Origin: Anaerolineae bacterium
GTDB taxonomy: Bacteria; Chloroflexota; Anaerolineae; UBA1429
NCBI GenBank assembly: GCA_963675785.1
Contig: OY776562.1
Location: 1,568,001-1,632,000, forward strand
Direction: 5' to 3'
Length of the DNA stretch: 64,000 bases
Part shown: piece after piece, positions 19,415 to 29,005 of the stretch
How positions within the stretch are numbered: position 1 is the first letter of the stretch
Layout of the letters: every line of letters begins with the position of its first letter
Notes under the pieces: model-generated
What the model saw: only the letters and a program-made list of their open reading frames with translations
Told to the model about the DNA's origin: nothing
The model's database searches: none
Made by a program: the position numbers and the translations under genes

Positions 19415-20887
19415 TTAGTATTGTGCTGACAGGGGGTCGGAGACCTCGATCACGGCGGATTCGGTGGGCAAAGACACCGCACGAGCCTCCAACACGGCAC
19501 ACAAAGCTGCCGAAATGAGCAGGTCATCGTGAATGGTGGGATCAACCACACCCCAGCGCATGCGCTTGAGGGCGCCGTCATAGACCTCGTAGGTGGCGGC
19601 GCGCACCTGCTGCCAAAAGGCGGCATACTGCTCGCTGCCGTCATCGGCGTGATCGAGAAAACGGCCCGACGAGCAGATACCGAGAAATCCCCAACCGAGG
19701 TCGCTCTTGACGCCAGCGTTGAAAGTGACGGGATTGATCCGTTGTCCCAGATGACGCTGCAGCGAAGAAGCCAAGCCAGCGCCTAAACCGGTGGCATCCA
19801 CCACCAAGGTTTGGGCCTGCCAGCAGTCGGCAAGGGCCAACAGCACGCCCAACAGCTCATCCTGGTAGCGGCCCGTCCACAAGTGGCGATCCATCACCAG
19901 ATAGCGGTTCATGCCTTGCTCAGTCTGGTCCAGTTCAATAACGGTGACGGCGGTGCTATCTTTGCGAGGCTGAGCCTCGCGCAGGGCCGCATCGCGCAAG
20001 GATTCCTCGGCGCCGCCCGCTACGTCGATAAGCAGAGCGTAACACCGCCCTTCGGTGGGGCCGCGTTGACGCAGGTGGCTGCCTTGCATCAAGGCACGCA
20101 CATCCACGGAAAACATACCAGCGGCCTCGTCGATCTCTTCCAGGCAGTATTGGGTCTTGATGAGGGGATGCTGACGGCCCAAGCGCTCGATCTCGCCGCG
20201 CACAAAGGTGCCATAGGCGGGCACGCACTCTGCAACCTGCTGCCAAGGCACACGAAAGACGCGCAGTTGGCCATCGCGCAGCTCTTGCGCCTCCAAAACG
20301 CGCATGGTGCGGGCCAGCAGAGTGTTACTCGTCCAGGCGGTGCCCCAGAGCACGGTGGTGGCATTGGTGCTGGCCGCCATGGGCCGAAAGTCGCGGTTCC
20401 AGATGGTCTCATCGATGTTCTGGGCCTCGTCGGCCTCTAGCAACAGATCGGCGGTGGCGCCCACCACGTTGGCCTGCAGTCCTGCCGAATAAAAGGAGGC
20501 CCTGGCCAGGCCTACACGCAGCATACGCCCCTGTTCGCGCACAGGTTTGAGGCCGGGGAGGCGGCTGCCCTGCAGCAGGGATTCCAAGCGCATGAGGCTG
20601 GTGTAGGCCTGGGGCTGAAAGGTGGGCGCGGCTTTGACAATAGTGCCGCCCCGTCGATAGGCGCGAGCCAGCAGAAAAGCCTCTACATGGGAGGCGGTCT
20701 CGTTTTTGCCGGCCTGGCGTGACATCATCACAGCAAAGGTGCGACCTTGACCAGTAAGCGCCGAGTGGACGATGGCAGCCGCTGGTTCGACTTGATAAGG
20801 GCGCAAGGTGCGGCCCAGCACTATACGAGAAAAAAGCATCGGGCTGGCTAACACGCGGCGCAAGGCGTTATGGCTAATGTCGGGCAC
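19415..20887 (-). CDS. phage terminase large subunit-like protein (ATPase plus RNase H-like nuclease)
   Basis: Adenine-binding LRPYQ, Walker A MSRQAGKNE, Walker B LLEADEAQ, coupling motif WGTA, nuclease acids IDVA, VDATGLG, HDDLLIS. Confidence 0.85.
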   Translation of the reverse strand: MPDISHNALRRVLASPMLFSRIVLGRTLRPYQVEPAAAIVHSALTGQGRTFAVMMSRQAGKNETASHVEAFLLARAYRRGGTIVKAAPTFQPQAYTSLMRLESLLQGSRLPGLKPVREQGRMLRVGLARASFYSAGLQANVVGATADLLLEADEAQNIDETIWNRDFRPMAASTNATTVLWGTAWTSNTLLARTMRVLEAQELRDGQLRVFRVPWQQVAECVPAYGTFVRGEIERLGRQHPLIKTQYCLEEIDEAAGMFSVDVRALMQGSHLRQRGPTEGRCYALLIDVAGGAEESLRDAALREAQPRKDSTAVTVIELDQTEQGMNRYLVMDRHLWTGRYQDELLGVLLALADCWQAQTLVVDATGLGAGLASSLQRHLGQRINPVTFNAGVKSDLGWGFLGICSSGRFLDHADDGSEQYAAFWQQVRAATYEVYDGALKRMRWGVVDPTIHDDLLISAALCAVLEARAVSLPTESAVIEVSDPLSAQY

Positions 20888-21266
20888 GGCCAGCCTCCTC
20901 GTCCAATTCTTTCAACACTTGGTCGAACAAGGTATCGAGTCCGGCATCGGTGGGTTGTAGTTGCTTGCGAGCTCGCAACAGTTGGATCACGCGTGCGGTC
21001 GAATCGTTCCAGGCACGCAGATACTGCGCCGGGCTGGTTGAACGAGAATCTCCCGCGCGGCGCAGTTCGGCGATCCAGTCGCAGAAATAACGGCGAGCCT
21101 GGAGTAGATCGACCAACTCTTGCTCGATGACGCAGCTGTCATCGTCCTCAGCCAAGGCACGTGCGAGCGCCTCCGTGCCCTCCGAGGCGCGCATCAACGC
21201 GGCGAGGGCATCATGTTGAGCTGCATGGCGTCCTTGCTGCCCGGCATTCCGAGTCTGTTTGGACAT
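20874..21266 (-). CDS. small helical protein, positional candidate for terminase small subunit
   Basis: 130 aa; overlaps the TerL start; AAGGAGG RBS. Function inferred from position only. Confidence 0.55.
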   Translation of the reverse strand: MSKQTRNAGQQGRHAAQHDALAALMRASEGTEALARALAEDDDSCVIEQELVDLLQARRYFCDWIAELRRAGDSRSTSPAQYLRAWNDSTARVIQLLRARKQLQPTDAGLDTLFDQVLKELDEEAGRARH

Positions 21267-21284
21267 GCATCCTCCTTCATGAAT

Positions 21285-21333
21285 TAGAACATTTGTTCTA
21301 GTCCATAATATGTCCAAACCAGGGGAATGTCAA
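21285..21333 (-). promoter_or_regulatory. sigma70 promoter with LexA (SOS/Cheo-type) box
   Basis: Minus strand TTGACA-N17-TATTAT, then TAGAAC-AAAT-GTTCTA 4 nt later (AGAAC-N4-GTTCT). Confidence 0.8.
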
Positions 21334-21383
21334 ATGAAAAAAAGGAATAAAGGGGGAAGGAAATAAAGATTTTTACAGCTGTA

Positions 21384-21412
21384 TTGACAGACAGTTACGC
21401 ATCGTTTATGCT
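21384..21412 (+). promoter_or_regulatory. sigma70 promoter for the response regulator
   Basis: TTGACA-N17-TATGCT. Confidence 0.7.
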
Positions 21413-21460
21413 ACCTCGCAGGTCAAACACAGGTTGCGCTAGCATCAAGGACGTACTCCA

Positions 21461-21871
21461 ATGGCTTACAAACCCTCAATCCTGATCGCAGAAGATGATG
21501 AGCTGGTGCTCGCACTTTTTCAGCGTCTATTGCGCAGCAAAGGCTGGCAGGTCACAGCCGTAAACAATGGCTATGATGCCCTGCGCGAGTGGAAGAACCG
21601 CGATGGCTATGATTTGACCATTCTCGATGTGCGCATGCCCAAAATGGATGGATACACCGCCTACCAGCAAATGCGTAAGATCAAGCCAAATTCGCGATTT
21701 GTGTTTGTGAGTGGCTATTCAAACGAGACCGTGGAATTTCAGGTGCATGATGTGGACGGCGTGCCCTATCTGCAAAAGCCGTTCGACTCGCTCGAGTTCC
21801 TGAGGGTCGTCGGGGAAATCATGGCAGAACTCGAGCTGGCCGCTTGCACAAACCAGACTCTGGCAGACTAG
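21461..21871 (+). CDS. single-domain response regulator (receiver)
   Basis: LIAEDD, ILDVRMPKMDG, VSGY, LQKPF. Confidence 0.93.
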   Translation: MAYKPSILIAEDDELVLALFQRLLRSKGWQVTAVNNGYDALREWKNRDGYDLTILDVRMPKMDGYTAYQQMRKIKPNSRFVFVSGYSNETVEFQVHDVDGVPYLQKPFDSLEFLRVVGEIMAELELAACTNQTLAD

Positions 21872-22539
21872 AGGGTAAAAAAGGTCAGCACCAGGTTGGC
21901 CACAACTGCCGCGCAAAATCCCGGCCAAATGCTGTGCGTTCTACTGGCCACCCAGCCGCTAACAAGCCCGCGGGCAAACCCCTGATAGGCCAACAGATAG
22001 AACAATCCGTGTGACCAAGGCAATGCCAGCGCAACCGGCAGGGTCGTCAAAACAAAGAACACCATCTGCAGCGCTACCGCCCAACCAGTTGACATATGCG
22101 TCAGCAGTTTTTCCAAGAGCCAACCCCGGAAGAACACCTCTTGCGCCAAGATGACCACCCCACTGCCGTACACCGCCATACCGATCAACCCAGCAGAGCC
22201 GCCCATGACCCCCAGCCAGGCATAGGCCGAATCGGTGATGCTGCCATCTACAGCCAGTGCCAGCAAATCAGAACAACAGCCCGATAGCAGCTCCAGCAGG
22301 GCCATAATGCCCAGCAGCAACAAGAGGTTGGCCGCCGCATAACGCCCAAAATCGCGGGGAGAGAGCGGGCGCAGGCCCAAATCAGCGGGCATGGCCCCGC
22401 GTATCAGCGCGACAGCCGGGATGATCAGGGCCACCAGTGTGAACACGGGAAAGGCGCAATCCAGCCGCACCCAGGTGAGCAGGGCCAGCATGGCAGCAAC
22501 AGTTAACCAAACCAGGGCGTTACGCGTTCGATAAAACAT
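21868..22539 (-). CDS. CPBP/CAAX-protease-family membrane protein with degenerate active site
   Basis: AQEVFFRG (EExxxR variant), RTHSIWP. Confidence 0.7.
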   Translation of the reverse strand: MFYRTRNALVWLTVAAMLALLTWVRLDCAFPVFTLVALIIPAVALIRGAMPADLGLRPLSPRDFGRYAAANLLLLLGIMALLELLSGCCSDLLALAVDGSITDSAYAWLGVMGGSAGLIGMAVYGSGVVILAQEVFFRGWLLEKLLTHMSTGWAVALQMVFFVLTTLPVALALPWSHGLFYLLAYQGFARGLVSGWVASRTHSIWPGFCAAVVANLVLTFFTL

Positions 22540-22705
22540 ATCCCTCGTTCCCAGCGTGTAAGCACAATACGCCCATTCTAGTGTGATATGTAACAGGGTC
22601 AAACTAAAAAGTCTGATATATTTCGCATTTTCAGCCAGCACATTGGCCCAAAGACAAAAAAACAGGAGGATGGACAGACCATCCCCCTGCTGTGAGCCAA
22701 ACCCT

Positions 22706-24169
22706 TTAACGTGCGATGGTCATCTTGAAATGCGTGGCATTGGAGTAGTTCAGGTTCATGGTAAGGCCGCAGGGCACGATCTCTAGCCCGCCCTCGGCTT
22801 CGATAGCGGCGCTCAGGCCGGGCAGATTCCAGTCAGAGGCCGAGATATCCAGGCTGGCGGCACCGGGCACATAGATCTCAAAGGCGAGGCCGGGCTCGGA
22901 GGCGATAATCTCCAACGTGCCCTGGCTGGCACGGGCGTTGGCGCCCACACCCGCCACCAACCTCATCCAGCCAATGCGCCCATCCGGCGTACGCCAGTGC
23001 ATGGTGGCCGGGTGGAACTGACCTACAGCATTACGCGAGCCGCTGTAATCCGCCGCGCCAATCATCACCTCATCGGCCAACCAGGCCGTTGCCGTCGCCT
23101 TGGGTTCCGACTGAATCACTTTTTCGGCGGTGTGCTCGCCGGGGAAACTCTCTAGCACGCGCTGCACATCCTCTGGCACGCGCACGCCCACCGTGGCCAA
23201 GCAAGCACCGTATTCCATATCGCCAGTGTGGCCCATAAACAGGGCCGGATCGGGATAGGGGGCTTTGTCTCGGCCCACGGCCAGCCAAATCGCCTGCCCC
23301 AAGATGGCCACATAGCGGGTCATGTCCATGCCATAGCTGCGGATATAGGGCCCGCAAAAGTTGCGTAGGCCAGCATGGTAATACTGGGCGATGTCGCGCC
23401 ACAAGGTCTCTTCGATTTCGGCGCCCATTTGCTTTATGCGCTCTGTGGGGCCACAGGATCGCCAATAGGCAAGGGCATACAAGTCGGGACCGTAATAGGT
23501 GGGCGAGTTGTACTCGAGAAAAGTGTCGTTGGCCTTGAACAGTGTGTAAATATCCTCAGCCATGGTGTTACCGTATTCGATGAAATCCTGGCGGCCGTAA
23601 CGCTGGCCACACCACACCGCCAACGGCGCGTTCATCAAGGCAATATTGGTATAAGAGGCCACCAAACGCCCCTGTTTCATCTCGCCCTCGATGGCACGAG
23701 GCAGTGCCGCATCGATGCGGGCAATGAGTGCGGGCGAGAGTTCGTCAGCATAGCCATCGACGATCTGGGCCAGACTCAGGCCGATGAACTGCCGCCAGTT
23801 GGGATCGTAATCGCGCCACATCACCGGCTCACAGGGCGGTTCCGGCTCCTGGGGGTAGCGGCGAAAGGTGCCGTAATAGACTGTCTCTGGGTTGATGAAT
23901 TGGTTATCGAGAATGCGGCCCAGCACACGAATGGCTCGGGCAATGTCATCGCCGTTACGGCGCATGAGCAACCCCTGGGCGTACCAAGCGGCGCCACGTA
24001 CGGAATGGCGATCCTTCACTACTTGACGACTCACCGGGTCTACATCGGGGATATCACTGAACCCACCGATGAGGCCCATCTCTTCATCCCAGGCGCTGTC
24101 CATGTAGAGCATACTGGACATGACCAGGTCGCGGGCATTGGGCGAAAGGGCAGTTAGTTTCAGCTTCAT
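22706..24169 (-). CDS. conserved hypothetical protein (likely alpha/alpha-barrel glycan-active enzyme)
   Basis: YDPNWRQF, YTNIALM, EYNSPTYYG, GPYIRSYG motifs; function inferred from context. Confidence 0.6.
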   Translation of the reverse strand: MKLKLTALSPNARDLVMSSMLYMDSAWDEEMGLIGGFSDIPDVDPVSRQVVKDRHSVRGAAWYAQGLLMRRNGDDIARAIRVLGRILDNQFINPETVYYGTFRRYPQEPEPPCEPVMWRDYDPNWRQFIGLSLAQIVDGYADELSPALIARIDAALPRAIEGEMKQGRLVASYTNIALMNAPLAVWCGQRYGRQDFIEYGNTMAEDIYTLFKANDTFLEYNSPTYYGPDLYALAYWRSCGPTERIKQMGAEIEETLWRDIAQYYHAGLRNFCGPYIRSYGMDMTRYVAILGQAIWLAVGRDKAPYPDPALFMGHTGDMEYGACLATVGVRVPEDVQRVLESFPGEHTAEKVIQSEPKATATAWLADEVMIGAADYSGSRNAVGQFHPATMHWRTPDGRIGWMRLVAGVGANARASQGTLEIIASEPGLAFEIYVPGAASLDISASDWNLPGLSAAIEAEGGLEIVPCGLTMNLNYSNATHFKMTIAR

Positions 24170-24325
24170 ACAGTCAACTCCTCCATTGCAGGACAACCCG
24201 TGCAGTGTATCACCATTGACTGAACTGGCAAGTAACCAGGGGCAAATTCCCCATTTGCCTTGACGACTCTATCGTTCCCTACCATACTTTTCCTAGCGTG
24301 ATGATACCTTACGCAAAGGAGTATT

Positions 24326-24997
24326 ATGTCAACTCATCGCATTTTGTTTATCGGCAACAGCTATACCTACTTTAACGAACTCCCCGACATGTTCGGTCAG
24401 TTGGCTCGCGCCGCCGGGCTTGGTGTGGAAACGGCCTCCGTCACCAGCGGCGGTAAAGATTTTGAATGGCACTGGTATAACCCGGAGACGCTGGACACCA
24501 TTGCTGCTGGCGGCTGGAACCACGTGGTGCTGCAGGAACATAGTGTTGGCGCGGTGGAAAGGCCCGAGCACATGCAGCAGGTGGCGGCGCGTCTTGTGGC
24601 GCGTATCCGCGCTGTGGGCGCCCAGCCCGTGTTTTACATGACTTGGGCCCGCCAGCATATTCCAGAGATGCAGCAGCCCATTACCACAACCTATCGGCGC
24701 CTGGGACGCGAATTAGGAGCCCTGGTAGCGCCTGTGGGCGAGGCCTGGCAGTTGGCCCTGCAGCGCAATCCCGAACTGGTGCTGCACACACCCGACCGCA
24801 GCCACCCCAATGTGCTGGGCAGCTACCTGGCGGCCTGCGTGTTCTACGGCACGTTATTCGGCGCCGAACCCACCGAGCTGCCCAACAGCTATGCGCAGGG
24901 GCCACGCGTCAGTGCCGTCATCGAGGCAGACACCGCCCGCTTTTTGCAAGAGGTCGCCCGCGACGCCCTGCTGGCAGAGGCCGACCAGGCAGGATAG
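24326..24997 (+). CDS. SGNH/GDSL-like hydrolase
   Basis: ILFIGNSYT, VVLQE, DRSHP. Confidence 0.85.
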   Translation: MSTHRILFIGNSYTYFNELPDMFGQLARAAGLGVETASVTSGGKDFEWHWYNPETLDTIAAGGWNHVVLQEHSVGAVERPEHMQQVAARLVARIRAVGAQPVFYMTWARQHIPEMQQPITTTYRRLGRELGALVAPVGEAWQLALQRNPELVLHTPDRSHPNVLGSYLAACVFYGTLFGAEPTELPNSYAQGPRVSAVIEADTARFLQEVARDALLAEADQAG

Positions 24998-25007
24998 TGT
25001 AGGGGAA

Positions 25008-25053
25008 TAAAGAGAAGAGGTTCGACCATCAGGTCGAACCTCTTCTCTTTTTA
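25008..25053. terminator. bidirectional terminator
   Basis: AAAGAGAAGAGGTTCGACC-atca-GGTCGAACCTCTTCTCTTT. Confidence 0.88.
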
Positions 25054-25073
25054 TGTTGAGGCAGCACAAACCT

Positions 25074-26138
25074 TTAGTACCGACCCGCCTCTTTGGCCTC
25101 GGCCACAATGTCGCGAAAATCCGTCAGGCTGACGGTATCGGGCACCGAGTGGTCGGAGGAAAAGATATAGCCGCCGTCCTGTTTCATCACCGGCACCACG
25201 CGGGCAATCTCCTCGCGAATGGCCTCGGGCTGATCCCAGAGCACGGCGTTGATGCCACCCCGAAAAGTGAGCTGATTGCCATAGGCTGCCTTGAGAGCCA
25301 GTGGGTCCATGCCCGCCTTGACCTCGAGGGGGTTCAGGCCGTCCAAGCCGATACCCACCAGCTCGGGCACAAAGGGGGTGATGTTGCCGCAGGAATGGAG
25401 CTCGGTTACCACACCCTTGTCATGAGCCCATTCAATGGCACGCTCGTGGTAGGGTTTGAGCAACTTGCGGTAGGTGCGCAAGGAAAAGAACTGGTGCTCT
25501 TTGTAGCCCATGTCGTCGGGCCAGCGCACGGCGTCAAAATGATAACCCGCATCCCAAACCATGTCCAGCAGGGTTAGGTTGAGGTCCAACATGTGAGAGA
25601 ACATGTCGCGACACCAGTCAGGCTGCTCCAACAGGGCCATGAGCAGGCGCTCGGTGCCCACGAACCAGGAATGGGTCACGTCAAAGCCGAACCAAAGGCC
25701 GGCCACGATCCAATCGCCCCGTTCCACCCAGGGGGCGTACTCTTTTTTCAGGCGATCCCAGGGGATGCGGTCGGGGTCGGGCTGCATACGTGCCTTGGCC
25801 TCTGCCCATATCTCGGGGTTGACCACAGTATGGGCGATCATCTCTGGCGTGGAGGTGGCGTGCTTCCAGGTGCGCTGGGTCACGCCCCAGCGGGTGGTCT
25901 CGGTGATATAGCGGTCGGTCTCTTCCAGCACACGGGTGGGATAGCGCGGCGAATTATCGACGCCAAAGCGTGAGACGCGATCCAAGCCGAAATAGTCCTG
26001 AAAATCGACATCCTCGGGCATACCCTCACGGTGCCAGCGCTCAATGGTGGTGCGCCAGGGCTCGTCCGTGATGGGGATGCGATCGGCGGGCTGATGGCGG
26101 TACATCAACCCAAAACGTTCTTTGGAAGTAAGGGCCAT
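25074..26138 (-). CDS. uroporphyrinogen decarboxylase (URO-D/MtaA-CmuA) family protein
   Basis: DRIP, DDMG, LHSCG, GGYIFSSDHSVP. Confidence 0.85.
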   Translation of the reverse strand: MALTSKERFGLMYRHQPADRIPITDEPWRTTIERWHREGMPEDVDFQDYFGLDRVSRFGVDNSPRYPTRVLEETDRYITETTRWGVTQRTWKHATSTPEMIAHTVVNPEIWAEAKARMQPDPDRIPWDRLKKEYAPWVERGDWIVAGLWFGFDVTHSWFVGTERLLMALLEQPDWCRDMFSHMLDLNLTLLDMVWDAGYHFDAVRWPDDMGYKEHQFFSLRTYRKLLKPYHERAIEWAHDKGVVTELHSCGNITPFVPELVGIGLDGLNPLEVKAGMDPLALKAAYGNQLTFRGGINAVLWDQPEAIREEIARVVPVMKQDGGYIFSSDHSVPDTVSLTDFRDIVAEAKEAGRY

Positions 26139-26166
26139 TCTATCTGCCTCCCCTAACGAATACGTT

Positions 26167-27180
26167 CTACAGTTCCACCGGCAGGTGGCCGTGGGTGAGG
26201 GTGAGGTGCGGCGTCGAATGGTCGGCGGTCATGGGCCGACGACGGGCCACGCTTTCCTCCAGGGCGGGCATATCCCAGCGGTTCAGCAGAATCTCCCAAT
26301 AGCTGATGTACTCGTAGCCACCGACGGGACGTGTATGCTCTGGTTCGAGATAAGGGAATGCCTTGCAGTTTTCGACCCAAGGAGCAATCCACTCTACGGC
26401 CTGGCGCAGGGTACGTCCCGAGGACGAGACGTAATCGAACAAATCAGTGCCGCGCAGACGCAGCACCTCAGCAGCCAGAGTTTGGGGCATGAGAGAGAAA
26501 TGGGTGTACCAAATACCGCTGCTGCCCTGATTGCGGTGTATCTCGTGAGGCATGTAGCCTTCCTCGGCAATCTGGCTCTCGATGAATGACTTCCAGCGCG
26601 CCTCGGCATCCGCCAGCAGTTGAAGATCGTCCAAATAGGCGCCGATGGCCGTGACCAACAGCAGCCCCCAGTTGCCCCAGTTGTTATCGCGATCCATGGT
26701 GTTGAGGGGCAGGGCATAGAGCATGAGAAAAGCTTTGAAGCGATTCTCCATGTCCCCCGTCCATGCTGCGGTGCCGCGCAACAGGTCGGCGGCAAAGAGC
26801 ATGGCCGGAAAGTGGTAGCTAAAGCAGAGCGTGGAATCGTCCTTGAGGGAATAACGGCGGAACAGGCTGGCCCAGCCATCGGCCAGGTGCGCCGCCTTGC
26901 GAGCCGCTTCCTCGTCGCCGGTCAACCGCGCATAGAGAGCCAGAGCATAGGCGTGGTTGGCGTCGTTCATCAACACGCCCTTTTTCGTCTGGTGTCCCTC
27001 GGCATCGCGGTAATAGCCGGGCACGTACCAATCCTCCGGCACCTGCGGCTCCAGCTCGCCCAAGGCCGTTACCTCAGCCTGCAGGGCTTGAAAGGCACTC
27101 CAAGTGGGCTCGACGCGGTCGGTGATGCGCTGGCGTAACGCAGCCAGTCTTGCTTCAGTGAGGAATACCGGGGTTGTCAT
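26167..27180 (-). CDS. alginate lyase-family (alpha/alpha toroid) protein
   Basis: VPGYY, NNWGNWG, HEIHR, IWYTHFSL; no signal peptide. Confidence 0.72.
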   Translation of the reverse strand: MTTPVFLTEARLAALRQRITDRVEPTWSAFQALQAEVTALGELEPQVPEDWYVPGYYRDAEGHQTKKGVLMNDANHAYALALYARLTGDEEAARKAAHLADGWASLFRRYSLKDDSTLCFSYHFPAMLFAADLLRGTAAWTGDMENRFKAFLMLYALPLNTMDRDNNWGNWGLLLVTAIGAYLDDLQLLADAEARWKSFIESQIAEEGYMPHEIHRNQGSSGIWYTHFSLMPQTLAAEVLRLRGTDLFDYVSSSGRTLRQAVEWIAPWVENCKAFPYLEPEHTRPVGGYEYISYWEILLNRWDMPALEESVARRRPMTADHSTPHLTLTHGHLPVEL

Positions 27181-27204
27181 GTCGCCATCTCTCCAATGCG
27201 CCAA

Positions 27205-27963
27205 CTAGCGCTTGTTCACAATGAGCAGCTCACGATGTTCGTTGGTCTCGATGCCCTGCGGCGTACTGTGCTGTTCGAGTAGCCGATTGACGCCGTGCCA
27301 ATGCTTTTCAATGTCGAACGGCTCGGGCAGAGGCACCGCCTTGAGCCAAAACAGCAGCGATTCCAGATCGAGGAACCAATAGCGCAGGTCGTATTCGGCG
27401 CGAGCTACCACGCGACAGCCCTCTCTCTCGAAGACAGTCGCCAGTTCATCCACTGACTGAAACCAGTCCGAGCCAAAGCTATCGGGCGTCCAGCCAAAGG
27501 CCTCCAGCACGCTGAGGCTGTTGCGCTGCCCAACCTGCTGGGTAATGAAATAGCCGCCCGAACGCAGCACGCGGGCTACGCCGACGGCATCCACCGAGCA
27601 ATGGCGGTTGAACACCATGTCAAACTCGCCCTCGCCAAAGGGAAGGTTGCTGCCATCCACCATGGCAAACTCGACGCCTTGCACGCCCCAGGCCACCTTG
27701 TTGCGTTGGGCCTGAGCGATCATCTCGGCGTTAATGTCGATACCCAGCCCCTCGCCATAATAAGAGGCCAAAGCCAGAAAGCGTTCACCGCCGCCGGTGC
27801 CAATGTCCAGCACACGATCAGAGGGGCTAAGATAACGGCGGACGACCTCGGCGTAATTCCAGGGGGCCGGCTCGCGGGCATCACGCACACGTGAGAAATC
27901 CCAGCCGCTACGTTCGCCCACACTCTCGGCCGTTTGCCGCAATTGTTCGAGGGTCAAAGACAT
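27205..27963 (-). CDS. class I SAM-dependent methyltransferase
   Basis: GWDFS, VLDIGTGGGE, FITQQVG; start MSLTL. Confidence 0.88.
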   Translation of the reverse strand: MSLTLEQLRQTAESVGERSGWDFSRVRDAREPAPWNYAEVVRRYLSPSDRVLDIGTGGGERFLALASYYGEGLGIDINAEMIAQAQRNKVAWGVQGVEFAMVDGSNLPFGEGEFDMVFNRHCSVDAVGVARVLRSGGYFITQQVGQRNSLSVLEAFGWTPDSFGSDWFQSVDELATVFEREGCRVVARAEYDLRYWFLDLESLLFWLKAVPLPEPFDIEKHWHGVNRLLEQHSTPQGIETNEHRELLIVNKR

Positions 27964-27997
27964 GATGAGCCTTTCTGCCAGATGCGGTGGAACGTGC

Positions 27998-29005
27998 TTA
28001 TGTGCTACGCAAATAGCGTTCACGGTCAAAGACGAACTGAAGCGGCTCCCCAGCCTGAAAGCGACGCAAGTTCTCCAGGCAAACCTCCTGATAGCGCTCC
28101 AGGCGGGTCGGTTCCTGGCCGTAGGTAGGATGAGTGCGGCTGATGTGGTGAGCCGTGAAAATGACATTGGGCCACTTGCGGGCGGGATGATCCACCGGCA
28201 AAAGATCGGGTTCCAGCACATCCAGCCCGGCGCGCAGCCGGCCGCTCTCAAGTTCGGCAAAGAGGGCCTGCTGATTAAAAATGGCGCCGCGCGCGGTATT
28301 CACCACCGGCGCATGATCGGGGAGCAGGGCCAGCAGTTCGGCGGTGATGCTACCCCGGGTTTCCTCCGAAAGGCCGGCATGGATGACCAACGCCTCGCTG
28401 TGGCGGCAGAGGGTCTCCAGAGACTCCTCACGGATGCAATCTTCGGGCAGCTCGGTCACATAGGGGTCATAGACATGGAGGATGGGTTCAAAGGGGCGAA
28501 TCAGCTCGACAAAGCGCCGACCGATGACGCCCATGCCATAGATGCCCACATGCAGCTTGTAGAGCGTGCCGCCGCAAAAGCCCTCTATGGCGCCCCAACC
28601 GCCCGCCTCGACCCGCTCGACCTGCTCGTGAATATCTTTGAGCGTGGACAGCAGCAAAGCCATGGCGCCTTCGGCAATACCCACCGAGAGTGCGTCGCCC
28701 CAGTTGGTAACGGGCAAGCCCGATTCGATCAGCTCCAGAGGCACCCACTGACGTATGGTACCGGTCACATTGCAGATATATTTGAGATTACCGGGGTTCT
28801 CGACGATTTGCAGCGGGATGGGCATAGAATCCCAGGCGGTGAGCAGCACGTCGCAGCCACGAATGAGAGCCACGCGCTGTTTCTCACTGAGTTCATCGCC
28901 ATTGCGCACCATCTCAAAGTCGCCCAATTCTTGCAGAGCCTGGATAAAGACGCCGGTCCAGCAGCGCTTGACGGCGTCATCGCGCAGAATGGTAAGGAGT
29001 TTCAT
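27998..29005 (-). CDS. D-isomer-specific 2-hydroxyacid dehydrogenase
   Basis: GIYGMGVIG, VNTARG, LDV..P, TAHH. Confidence 0.9.
   Translation of the reverse strand: MKLLTILRDDAVKRCWTGVFIQALQELGDFEMVRNGDELSEKQRVALIRGCDVLLTAWDSMPIPLQIVENPGNLKYICNVTGTIRQWVPLELIESGLPVTNWGDALSVGIAEGAMALLLSTLKDIHEQVERVEAGGWGAIEGFCGGTLYKLHVGIYGMGVIGRRFVELIRPFEPILHVYDPYVTELPEDCIREESLETLCRHSEALVIHAGLSEETRGSITAELLALLPDHAPVVNTARGAIFNQQALFAELESGRLRAGLDVLEPDLLPVDHPARKWPNVIFTAHHISRTHPTYGQEPTRLERYQEVCLENLRRFQAGEPLQFVFDRERYLRST

Noticed and set aside
18714-21333. Intact prophage around the terminase
   Set aside because: No integrase, portal, capsid, tail or lysis genes and no att-like repeats seen; flanks are a host GNAT and a response regulator.
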